DNA of 48,463 bases from Myxococcales bacterium (lineage in GTDB: Bacteria; Myxococcota_A; UBA9042; JABWCM01; BTVJ01), in NCBI GenBank assembly GCA_045863395.1, contig BTVJ01000057.1, positions 1 through 48,463 of the forward strand, read 5' to 3'. The notes below the pieces were generated by a model, which did no database searches, was not told the origin of the DNA, and was given only the letters and a program-made list of their open reading frames with translations. The translations under genes were made by a program, and so were the position numbers. Below, piece by piece: positions 1-7,828 of this stretch; within the stretch, counting starts at the first letter, position 1, and each line of letters starts with the position of its first letter.

Positions 1-8
1 GCCCCCTT

Positions 9-52
9 ACGAAGCCCCCGCAGCCCTGTGCTGCGGGGGCTTCGTGCTTTCT
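9..52 (+). terminator. Probable intrinsic terminator hairpin of an upstream gene outside the window
   Basis: Perfect 16-bp inverted repeat ACGAAGCCCCCGCAGC (9-24) / GCTGCGGGGGCTTCGT (30-45), 5-nt loop, followed by GCTTTCT. Confidence 0.6.
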
Positions 53-142
53 GCCCGCCCGTAACCCGCAACCTTGCGCCGCGGGGGCTTCGTGCTTTCT
101 GCCCGCCCGTGGAGTTGTGCTGCGGTGGGGCTTCGTGCTTTC
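33..142. repeat. Direct repeats of the hairpin's 3' arm and tail
   Basis: GCGGGGGCTTCGTGCTTTCTGCCCGCCCGT identical at 33-62 and 81-110; partial copy GGGGCTTCGTGCTTTC at 127-142. Confidence 0.85.
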
Positions 143-424
143 ACCACGACACAGCGGACGTTCCCGCGATGGCCTTTGCGCCTCGCCTCGGGGTCGCCGA
201 GCATGACACGGGGCACCGCCTCGGCTGGTGGCCCCTGTCGGCTCCTGCTGACTCGGCGCCCGGTAGCGCATCGTCATAGCTTTCACCGCTGCAGCTGATC
301 GTTGACGGCGATGCCCCCGTGAGCCTCGGGGGCTCGCCTCGGGGCCTGCGTCTCACTGGTCCGTTCGGGGCGAATGCTCCGGTGAGGCCGTGTACGAGGG
401 CCGCGGGGGTGACCTGGCGGAGTC

Positions 425-2035
425 CTAGAGGGAGGGGCGCTTGAAGCCGAACCGCTTGTGGTTCTGCTTCCACCACTTGGTCCAGTGGGCCTGGGCTGCG
501 TCGCCGGATCGCCGAGCGGGGTCGGCCTGGTAGCCCGTGAGGGCGGAGAGCACCCGCTGGGCGTTGTAGCCGATGTGTCCTGGGCGGGAGGTGGCCCGGA
601 TGAGGGTTGGGATGGAGCCGTTGCGCATCATCTTGCCCCCGAACGAGAGGCCGGCCTGCTCGAAGCCCTGGCGCATCCACTGTGCCCACGTGTCCGTTCG
701 GTTCTCCGCATACCAGGACTCCCACTTCGCCGCGAGGCGCTCCACGGCGTCTCCTTTGCCTGGCCCCGGTTCGAGGTGGGTGTTCGTCAGATAGGAGAGC
801 GAAGATCGCACCGCATCGCGGGTCTCTCTCTGCGGAGACTTCACCAGCCTGATCAAGAGAGGAACGGTCGTGGTGGAGCCCGACCAGGCGAGGCGCCGAA
901 TGCTCTGGATCTGCAGCTCAGGGTCGTCGCCCTTCGTGGCGAGGCGTTCGAGCACTGGGCGGAGGTCGGCCGGTGCGATGCGAGTGAGGGAGGTGAGGGC
1001 CGCACGCCGGACCTTCGGGTCCTCGTCATCGACGAGCTCCCTGAGCTTGGGGGCCGCTCCTCGGGCCTGCATGCGGTTCAGGGTCTCGATGGCGTCGAGG
1101 CGGTCCTGAGCTCTTGGGGATCCGAGCGTCTCCATGAGCTGAGCGACGCGCGCCCGAACATCAGCGTCCCACGTCTCCACCCAGTCCCAGATGGGTCCCG
1201 TGTTTACGCAGCCCTCGAGGAGGTCGTCCCGAGAGCAGTAGACCCGGATGTGGAAGTGGTCTGCGTGCGGCGAGGAATCCCGCGGCTGATGGAGCACGGC
1301 GGCGGCCATGCGATACAGCTCGTCGTCGGCCCCCTCCTTGCGTGCCTGGTCCAGCAGGATCTCCCGGAGCGGCGTCGAGATGAAGATCCATTGGATCTGG
1401 GCTCCGGGGTCCGTCAGGAGGTGGCGGACGAAGTGCCAGTTGCGCTCCGGATCGAAGCGCTGGGTCCCCGAGCAGTTGATCTGCCTGCCTGCCTTGTCCA
1501 TCAGCGCAAAGTGCTCGAGGGTGCAGGACTCGGCGTCGCCATCGGTCACGTAGAAGGCGACGTCGGCGTCGCGGCCGGAGTTGTGGCTGACGCTCTGGAC
1601 GATGTCACCGCCCTCCTGCCTGCCCAGGTTCCCGACGAGCATCAGGGCGTCCGGCCAGCGCTCGCGGACGCTCTCCGCAGCCCGAGTGATGGCGTTGATG
1701 ATCTGGGGGGTGCCGAAGTTGGTCTGGCGCGCCGCCACGGAAGGAATGAACTTCCACGAGTCGCCTGCGAGGGCCATCTCGACGCCGCCGACGACGTAGC
1801 CGTCCGACGCCGTACCCACGGAGTAGCTGCGGATGGTGGTTCCTCCCGCTGAGTCCGGCAGCGGCTCGGCTCCATAGCGTCCGAGGCGGCGATCCGCTTG
1901 TGAGGGGCGCCGCGAGGCATCCCCCGCGCGGGAGGCCGAGCGGCTGCCAGCCTGCGTGTCCGCGCGCGCTGAGCTGCCGGGGCTGAGCGTCAGGATCGCT
2001 CCGAGGAGTGTCGGCCACAGGTACCTGGCTGGCAT
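425..2035 (-). CDS. Secreted MepA-family (penicillin-insensitive murein endopeptidase, LAS) peptidase with C-terminal HEAT repeats
   Basis: ATG at 2035 after GGAGGAAGG; signal peptide MPARYLWPTLLGAILTL; SHNSGRDAD and HADHFH Zn-ligand motifs; HEAT-like repeats (DEDPKVRRAALTSL). Confidence 0.8.
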   Translation of the reverse strand: MPARYLWPTLLGAILTLSPGSSARADTQAGSRSASRAGDASRRPSQADRRLGRYGAEPLPDSAGGTTIRSYSVGTASDGYVVGGVEMALAGDSWKFIPSVAARQTNFGTPQIINAITRAAESVRERWPDALMLVGNLGRQEGGDIVQSVSHNSGRDADVAFYVTDGDAESCTLEHFALMDKAGRQINCSGTQRFDPERNWHFVRHLLTDPGAQIQWIFISTPLREILLDQARKEGADDELYRMAAAVLHQPRDSSPHADHFHIRVYCSRDDLLEGCVNTGPIWDWVETWDADVRARVAQLMETLGSPRAQDRLDAIETLNRMQARGAAPKLRELVDDEDPKVRRAALTSLTRIAPADLRPVLERLATKGDDPELQIQSIRRLAWSGSTTTVPLLIRLVKSPQRETRDAVRSSLSYLTNTHLEPGPGKGDAVERLAAKWESWYAENRTDTWAQWMRQGFEQAGLSFGGKMMRNGSIPTLIRATSRPGHIGYNAQRVLSALTGYQADPARRSGDAAQAHWTKWWKQNHKRFGFKRPSL

Positions 2036-2174
2036 CCTTCCTCCACGGCGGTGATGGTTCAGGTCCCAGGTGGCTCGGAGCATACACGATGCCACGCATG
2101 CGCGCCCAATTTCTGCCCGCGCGCGCGAGCCCGGCCCCCCGACCTGCCTTGCTCTACTCGGGGGATGATTTGGG

Positions 2175-2203
2175 TTGACACATGCCCCCTCGTTTTCTAA
2201 TGT
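2175..2203 (+). promoter_or_regulatory. Sigma70-type promoter for the small ORF and possibly tRNA-Leu
   Basis: TTGACA (2175-2180)-N17-TAATGT (2198-2203); overlapped by inverted repeat GGGTTGACA...TGTCAGCCC. Confidence 0.65.
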
Positions 2204-2289
2204 CAGCCCGCTCCATGCAAGCGGACGTGCTTTGGCGTGCGGAGCAGCGCGGCGAGCATGCCCCGGTGAGCATGCGGAGGTGAGACCTG

Positions 2290-2499
2290 ATGGCTGTATC
2301 GGCGACTGCGGCAGCGGCGGTAATTGCGGCGCGGGCAAAGCTCAATACCACCTTCTACTGCAAGTTCCTGACGAAGACGGTGTCGATCTCCGACTGCCTC
2401 GACGACTACGTGAACGCAAACGCCCTGAACATCCGCAACTCTCCCTGCTTCAAGTGCTCCCACGGGCTGAAGGTCCGGGCGAACTTCTCAGGGGCGTGA
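2290..2499 (+). CDS. 69-aa hypothetical protein with four Cys (possible metal binder)
   Basis: GGAGGTGA SD upstream of ATG, GC3-biased codons, upstream promoter; Cys in YCK, DCL and CFKC followed by SH. Confidence 0.75.
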   Translation: MAVSATAAAAVIAARAKLNTTFYCKFLTKTVSISDCLDDYVNANALNIRNSPCFKCSHGLKVRANFSGA

Positions 2500-2569
2500 A
2501 GCGCTGCGGGCTGCCCGGCGCGCCGGCCTGTGCTCCGCCCCCCTCCGGCTCCGTACCTTTGTCAGCGTT

Positions 2570-2653
2570 GCCGGGATGGCGAAACGGTAGACGCAGGAGA
2601 CTTAAAATCTCCCGCCCAACGGCGTGCGGGTTCGACTCCCGCTCCCGGCACCA
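2570..2653 (+). tRNA. tRNA-Leu (anticodon TAA)
   Basis: Acceptor GCCGGGA/TCCCGGC-A-CCA; anticodon arm GGAGA-CTTAAAA-TCTCC; long variable arm; T-loop GGTTCGACTCC. Confidence 0.96.
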
Positions 2654-2668
2654 CAGCCCCGCTCGCGG

Positions 2669-4057
2669 TCACGGCCAGAACGCGCCCGTCCCCGACTTCG
2701 CTGTTCGGAAGGACCACGTCTTGTTCCAGGGTTTGTTGACTCGCGTGCCCGTGAGCTTCACCGTGTAGAGGGTCTCCGGCTTCAGGGGGCTGTCGGCGTA
2801 GAGGGACGCGGCGGGCGACCCTGCCAGGTTGGGGTCGTTCTTTGGCGTGAGCAGCGTATGGGGGACGGCGTCGCCGGCCTCGTCGAGGAGCTCGCTGCTC
2901 TGCATGGTGAACGTGACGCCCGAGCCGAACTGGATGGTGATGATCGGGCCGGATGGGTAGCCGTTCTTGGGGGGCGGCGGCTGGGGCGACTCGGCGCCAT
3001 TCCAGGAGAGGTCCACGCCCTCCTGGCCATCGTAGGGGTAGACCACCTCCCAGTCGCTGCTGGAGCCGCCGCCGCTCGAGTTGATGGTGTCGCACGCGGC
3101 GGCCCCCCCATACCCGATGGCCTTGGTGCCGGGGTCCGTCAAGGGGAGGCGGTGGTAGAGGGTCGCGATCCAACCGTCCACGGCCTTTGCTGGGCTGTTC
3201 ATGAAGGCCATGACCTCGGACACGCCGCCGCCGAGGCTCACTCCATGGGCTGCGGCCCGCTTGCCCAGGTCGCCGTAGCAGGGTTCCTCCCAGCTCGGGT
3301 CCTCGTCATGGGGGCTCATGCCGGTCTTCTTGTACTCGCTGATGTTCTTCGCGTAGCAGGCGCAGTGATCCGTCGCCATGGCGTTGAGGCTGGCCAGCAT
3401 GTCCACCGTGGGGACCCCGATCTGCTCGCGGTACCAGTTCACGCGCTCAAGCGCCTTGATCTGCCCTGGAGTGGCGTCGTCGGGGACCGCTCCGCCAGGT
3501 CCACCGCCGCCTGCGTCCGGCGTGTTCGGGTCCTTCGGCGGGACGAAGCTCGTCGACCAAAAGAAGGTCGTCTTGTCGCAGGCGCAGTCGGCGCTCTCGA
3601 AGGTCAGCGTGCCCGACACGGACGTGAACTGGTACGGCTCCACGTCCAGGGGCATGAAGATGCCGTCGATCTTCGTGACCTTGCCCAGAGTCCCCACGAG
3701 GTGCCACTCGGTGACCTTGGTCGACTCGTTGGTTCGCACCTCGATGGTCAGCCCGTCGGAGAAGGACTGGTCATCCAGCTCGTCCGTGCAGTGGTTCGCC
3801 ACGCTCTTGCAGGAGACGTCGTGCACCTGGATGGCCGCCACGCCCTCGGTCAGCACCGTGAAGTCGATGAAGTCGCCCTTCCACTGGCCCCGGGGCGGGC
3901 CCACGTAGCCGTCGTCGGGGGGGCCCGCCTGCCAGACCGCAGCGTCGCTGCCGCCTTTGTCGCCGTCGCAGGACGCGAGGGCCAAGGCTCCGAGTGACGC
4001 GAGGGCCACCCGGGCGATCCACCTGGTGCAATGGTAAGTGAGAGCGGTCTGCTGCAT
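2669..4057 (-). CDS. CAP (SCP-like) domain lipoprotein with C-terminal Ig-like domain
   Basis: Lipobox LASC; CAP-like motifs VNWYREQIG, DHCACY, PHDE, EVMA, GWIATLYHRLPL; C-terminal PLKPETLYTV...WSFRT. Confidence 0.8.
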   Translation of the reverse strand: MQQTALTYHCTRWIARVALASLGALALASCDGDKGGSDAAVWQAGPPDDGYVGPPRGQWKGDFIDFTVLTEGVAAIQVHDVSCKSVANHCTDELDDQSFSDGLTIEVRTNESTKVTEWHLVGTLGKVTKIDGIFMPLDVEPYQFTSVSGTLTFESADCACDKTTFFWSTSFVPPKDPNTPDAGGGGPGGAVPDDATPGQIKALERVNWYREQIGVPTVDMLASLNAMATDHCACYAKNISEYKKTGMSPHDEDPSWEEPCYGDLGKRAAAHGVSLGGGVSEVMAFMNSPAKAVDGWIATLYHRLPLTDPGTKAIGYGGAAACDTINSSGGGSSSDWEVVYPYDGQEGVDLSWNGAESPQPPPPKNGYPSGPIITIQFGSGVTFTMQSSELLDEAGDAVPHTLLTPKNDPNLAGSPAASLYADSPLKPETLYTVKLTGTRVNKPWNKTWSFRTAKSGTGAFWP

Positions 4058-4124
4058 GGGATCTCCTGACGTGCGAGCCCCCCGGCTGCGGCGCAGCGAA
4101 TGGTACGGACCGCCCCTCAGGGCG

Positions 4125-6758
4125 TCAAGGAGCGCCCAGCGCCTGGCGCAGCCACGCCACGAGCTCGTCTGGCGACGCGAGGAGCCACGCGCCGTGGGCG
4201 CTCGCGCCGTCTACCACGCGAAGCTCCGTGCCGGGCGCTGCCGCGGCCAGGACCCGTGCGGAATGAGCAGCGTACTTGTCCTCCGCTCCGGCGAGCAGCA
4301 GCACGCTTCGGGAGCCGAGGCGCTCCATGGCGGGCAGCGCCTCCAGGCCATGGTAGGAGAGCCCCGGGCTCAGGATGGCGAGCGCCTTGACGTGGGAGTC
4401 ATCGAGGGTGCCCAGCAGCGCGGCCGTTCCGCTGACGTCGGCGCCGACCACGGCGACAGGGCGCGCCGGGTCTCCAAGCTCCTTGCGGGCCCATGCCATC
4501 GCCGCCTGGACGTCCGTCGGGAGGGCCTCCCAGTCGGCGCCTGGCATGGTGGCAGCGAGGAGCCCATCGCCGGTGCTCTCCCCGTGGCCTCGCAGGTCCA
4601 CGGCCAACACGGACGCGGGGACCTCGTCGCGGAGCGCCTCGACGTGGGCGGCCCACTCCGCGCGGCTCCCCTTCATCTGGTGGAGGAGCACGACGAGGGG
4701 CGCGCCCGCGTCCGCTGCCGGGAGCCATGACGCCACCAACGTCGGGCCACCATTCGTGGGGATCTGGACCTGCCGGCCCGGGAGCGAGCGCCCGGCGGCC
4801 ACGGGAGCGGTGCGCGCAGGAGCCACGGGCGGTGCAGGCAGGTCCTCTGCCTCCGGTGGGCGCCTCCGGGCAGCGGGAGTGCTCGGCTCCGGCGGGGGCT
4901 CAGGCGCCGAGCACCCGTCGAGGCCGACGGGGAGCACACCCAGGACCATGGCAAGAAGCGCCCTACGGGCCTTGCGAGACCTCCACACCACCAGGGCCAC
5001 GATCAACACGAACCAGAGCCCGCTCCCAGCTCCCGGTGCCGCCCCGCAGCCCCCGGAGGACGCGCCGCTGTCGGAGCCGCCCACGTTGGGGGTCGGGACG
5101 GGGGAGATTCCTCCTCCCCCGCCACCCGTGGGGTCTCCGGGAGTGGCGCCCGGGGTCTTGTCGTCCGGGCCCTCGGTGCCGCCCCCGCCTCCGCCTGCGC
5201 CGGGATCGCCCAGGTCGCCAAGTCCGGCGCCGCCGCCCCGCTCCGGGGCATCGGCGCCGTCGCCGCCCGCCGTCCTCGCGTCCGGGGCCGGGGGCGTGAC
5301 TGAGTCTTTGCCGGGCCCGGCATCGTAAGGGTGCGAGCCCGCGTCTTCGCCCCCCGCGTCCGTCGAGCCGCCGTCCGCGTCACCGGTGGAGCCGGCATCG
5401 GGGTCGTCGACTGGCCCCGGCTCCTCCTCGCAGCCGACTGGCGTCGGGGCCGCCTTCGTGATGGAGAAGGTGTCGATGACCTCGATGTTGCTCGGGTCGT
5501 TGGTGAAGTTCTGCGCGGCCGTCGCGATGACCTCCGCGGTCATGGTGCCGCCGTCGATGCTGACGGTGACGTAGTGGTGCTTGCCGCTGCACACCTGGCT
5601 GCCCGGCGCCTGGCTGGGCCCCGCGCACACGACGTCCTGCATCGGGTCGATGACCACGAACCCCAGGTCGATCTTGTCGTAGGTGAACGCGCCCGCGCCG
5701 CCCGTGATCACGTACATCGTGCCCAGTGAAGGGTCCCCGACCGGGTTGCCCGTCGGGTTGCCCCCGCCCCCCTTCATGGGCGCGAAGCGCTCGTAGAAGT
5801 GGTTGTGGCCCATGAAGACGACGTCCACGTGGTGCTTGTCGAACACGGGGACGAACGCGGCGTTCTGGCCCAGCTCGTTGGGCGGGTGGTTGAACTCCAG
5901 CCCGAAGGCGTTGGCGTGGCTGGTGTAGACCGGGTGGTGGAAGAACACGAAGCGCCACGTCGCCGGGTTCTGCGTCAGCACCTCATCGAGCCACGCGGCC
6001 TGCACCTCGAAGGGCTTGGTGCCCTCGTTGTAGGTCGCCGTCGAGAGCGATGCGAAGATCGCGTCGCCATAGCGGAACCAGTAGAAGTCCTCGGTCTCCG
6101 TCTTGTCGTTGCGCGGGAGCTGGAACACCTGGTTGTAGGCGGCCGTGTCGCCGTCGTCCTTGTCGTCGTCGTGGTTGCCGAGCGACGTCATGTGTACCAC
6201 CTGCGGGAGCAGCGGCGCGCTGACCTGGAGCCACTTGCGCCACTGCTTGGTGTCGGTTCCCTCCTTGACGATGTCCCCGGTGTTGATCACGAAGTCCGGC
6301 GCCTCGCCCAGCGCGTCGGCGAAGATGTCCGACCACTGCGGAGCCGGGCCGCTCTCGTCCTGGGAGCGGCCGTCGCCCAGGGCGACGAAGCGGACCGGGC
6401 CGCAGCCAGGAAGCGGCCCTGTCGAGAACGAGTAGACCTCGCCCCACGCCGACGGCGCCCCCGCGCGGTAGAAATAGGTGGTGTCCGGCTTCAGGTCCCA
6501 GAGCTCGACCTCGTGGACGTGGCCGAGCTCGCCGTTCGCCTTGAACGACGTGCCCGACGCCTCCAGCCCGAGGGCGGGCGTCTCCCCGTACTGCACCAGG
6601 GTAGGCCCCTGCCCGCTGTCGGTGTTCCAGGTGATCGCCATGGTCGATGTGGAGTCCGGGTCGCTCCAGCTCAGGCGGACCCACTTCGGGTACTCCGCCG
6701 CAGACGCGAGGGCGGGGAGCAGGACGACCGCGAGGGTCAGGGCGCGAAGGAAGTGCAT
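4125..6758 (-). CDS. Purple-acid-phosphatase-type metallophosphoesterase + low-complexity linker + MYXO-CTERM-like motif, fused in frame to an alpha/beta hydrolase
   Basis: Signal peptide; FN3-like HEVELWDLKPDTTYFY; GDGR, TGD, GNHD, HHP, GHNH motifs; GGC + TM + RSRK; hydrolase LLH, VDLRGHGES, GAED, AHG. Confidence 0.85.
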   Translation of the reverse strand: MHFLRALTLAVVLLPALASAAEYPKWVRLSWSDPDSTSTMAITWNTDSGQGPTLVQYGETPALGLEASGTSFKANGELGHVHEVELWDLKPDTTYFYRAGAPSAWGEVYSFSTGPLPGCGPVRFVALGDGRSQDESGPAPQWSDIFADALGEAPDFVINTGDIVKEGTDTKQWRKWLQVSAPLLPQVVHMTSLGNHDDDKDDGDTAAYNQVFQLPRNDKTETEDFYWFRYGDAIFASLSTATYNEGTKPFEVQAAWLDEVLTQNPATWRFVFFHHPVYTSHANAFGLEFNHPPNELGQNAAFVPVFDKHHVDVVFMGHNHFYERFAPMKGGGGNPTGNPVGDPSLGTMYVITGGAGAFTYDKIDLGFVVIDPMQDVVCAGPSQAPGSQVCSGKHHYVTVSIDGGTMTAEVIATAAQNFTNDPSNIEVIDTFSITKAAPTPVGCEEEPGPVDDPDAGSTGDADGGSTDAGGEDAGSHPYDAGPGKDSVTPPAPDARTAGGDGADAPERGGGAGLGDLGDPGAGGGGGGTEGPDDKTPGATPGDPTGGGGGGISPVPTPNVGGSDSGASSGGCGAAPGAGSGLWFVLIVALVVWRSRKARRALLAMVLGVLPVGLDGCSAPEPPPEPSTPAARRRPPEAEDLPAPPVAPARTAPVAAGRSLPGRQVQIPTNGGPTLVASWLPAADAGAPLVVLLHQMKGSRAEWAAHVEALRDEVPASVLAVDLRGHGESTGDGLLAATMPGADWEALPTDVQAAMAWARKELGDPARPVAVVGADVSGTAALLGTLDDSHVKALAILSPGLSYHGLEALPAMERLGSRSVLLLAGAEDKYAAHSARVLAAAAPGTELRVVDGASAHGAWLLASPDELVAWLRQALGAP

Positions 6759-6846
6759 CGGGGGCCTCCGGGCGGTGGGCGGCAGTCTAGCACCCAGGTC
6801 CAGAGGGCGCCAGCGGGGGCCGTGGTCGCAGGACTCGCGCGATCAC

Positions 6847-7680
6847 TCAGCACAGGTCGCGGCGGCGATGCTCCAAGGCGGGCAGGTTGCGCCGGATGGT
6901 CGCGAGGCGGCCGTGATCGATGCGCGCCATGCCATAACCCACGCCGTCGGGCACGTCGCAGAGCACCGTTCCCCACGGGTCGATGATCACGCTGTGGCCG
7001 TAGGAGTTTCGCTTGCCCCCGTGGTGGCCCGACTGCCCGGGCGCGATGACGTAGCACTGGTTCTCGATGGCGCGTGCCCGCAGCAGCACGTGCCAGTGGT
7101 CCTTGCCCGTGGTCAGCGTGAAGGCGGCGGGCACCGTCAAGCACGTGGCGCCGGCCTCGACCAGGCGGCGGTAGAGCTCCGGGAAGCGCAGGTCGTAGCA
7201 CACGGAGAGGCCGAACGTGGCCTGGCGCGTCGGCACGGTCACCACCTCGCGCCCGGGGATCACCTGGTCGGACTCCTTGTGGGTCTCGGCCCCCGGGATG
7301 TCGATGTCGAACAGGTGGATCTTCCGGTAGGCGGCCGCGACCTGCCCGTCAGGCCCGAGCCACACCGACGTGTTGTGCGTGCGCCCCGATGTGTCCGTGA
7401 CCTCTGGGAAGCTGCCGAGCAGCAGGTCGACGCCAAGCTCGGCCGCAAGTGCGGACATGCGCGAGATGATGGGGCCATCGAGGGGCTGGGCCGGTGGCCG
7501 CGACTCCGGGTCGATCCTGAGGAAGCTGAAGTTCTCCGGCAGCGCGACGACCTCGGCGCCGTCCGCTGCCGCGGCGCGCACGAGCTCCTCGCAGGTCGAG
7601 AGGTTCTTGTCCACGTCCTCGGTGGAGCGGAGCTGGACGACGGCGCAGCGGAAGCTGGGCTTGGGCTCGGTAGTGTTCAT
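6847..7680 (-). CDS. Carbon-nitrogen hydrolase (Nit1-like amidase)
   Basis: LPEN, YRKIHLFD, CYDLRFPE (Glu-Lys-Cys triad), RARAIENQCY, GHS; start re-called at ATG 7680. Confidence 0.92.
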   Translation of the reverse strand: MNTTEPKPSFRCAVVQLRSTEDVDKNLSTCEELVRAAAADGAEVVALPENFSFLRIDPESRPPAQPLDGPIISRMSALAAELGVDLLLGSFPEVTDTSGRTHNTSVWLGPDGQVAAAYRKIHLFDIDIPGAETHKESDQVIPGREVVTVPTRQATFGLSVCYDLRFPELYRRLVEAGATCLTVPAAFTLTTGKDHWHVLLRARAIENQCYVIAPGQSGHHGGKRNSYGHSVIIDPWGTVLCDVPDGVGYGMARIDHGRLATIRRNLPALEHRRRDLC

Positions 7681-7828
7681 GTGGCTCCCCGTGGGGCTCT
7701 GGCGTTGAGCGGCGCATGCTAGCCAAGATCCGCCGGGCGCGCCAGAGGGAACCCTCGCCACACCTACCCCGTTGCCTTCCGGGCGGGGCCCGGGCAACAT
7801 GGGGCGACGGTGAACCACGGAGGTCGTC

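Noticed and set aside
33..142. Mini-CRISPR
   Set aside because: Only two full copies with an 18-nt gap, derived from a terminator arm; no cas genes
2570..2653. tRNA-Leu as the attachment site of the island
   Set aside because: No duplicate of its 3' end and no integrase seen; the flanks look like core genes
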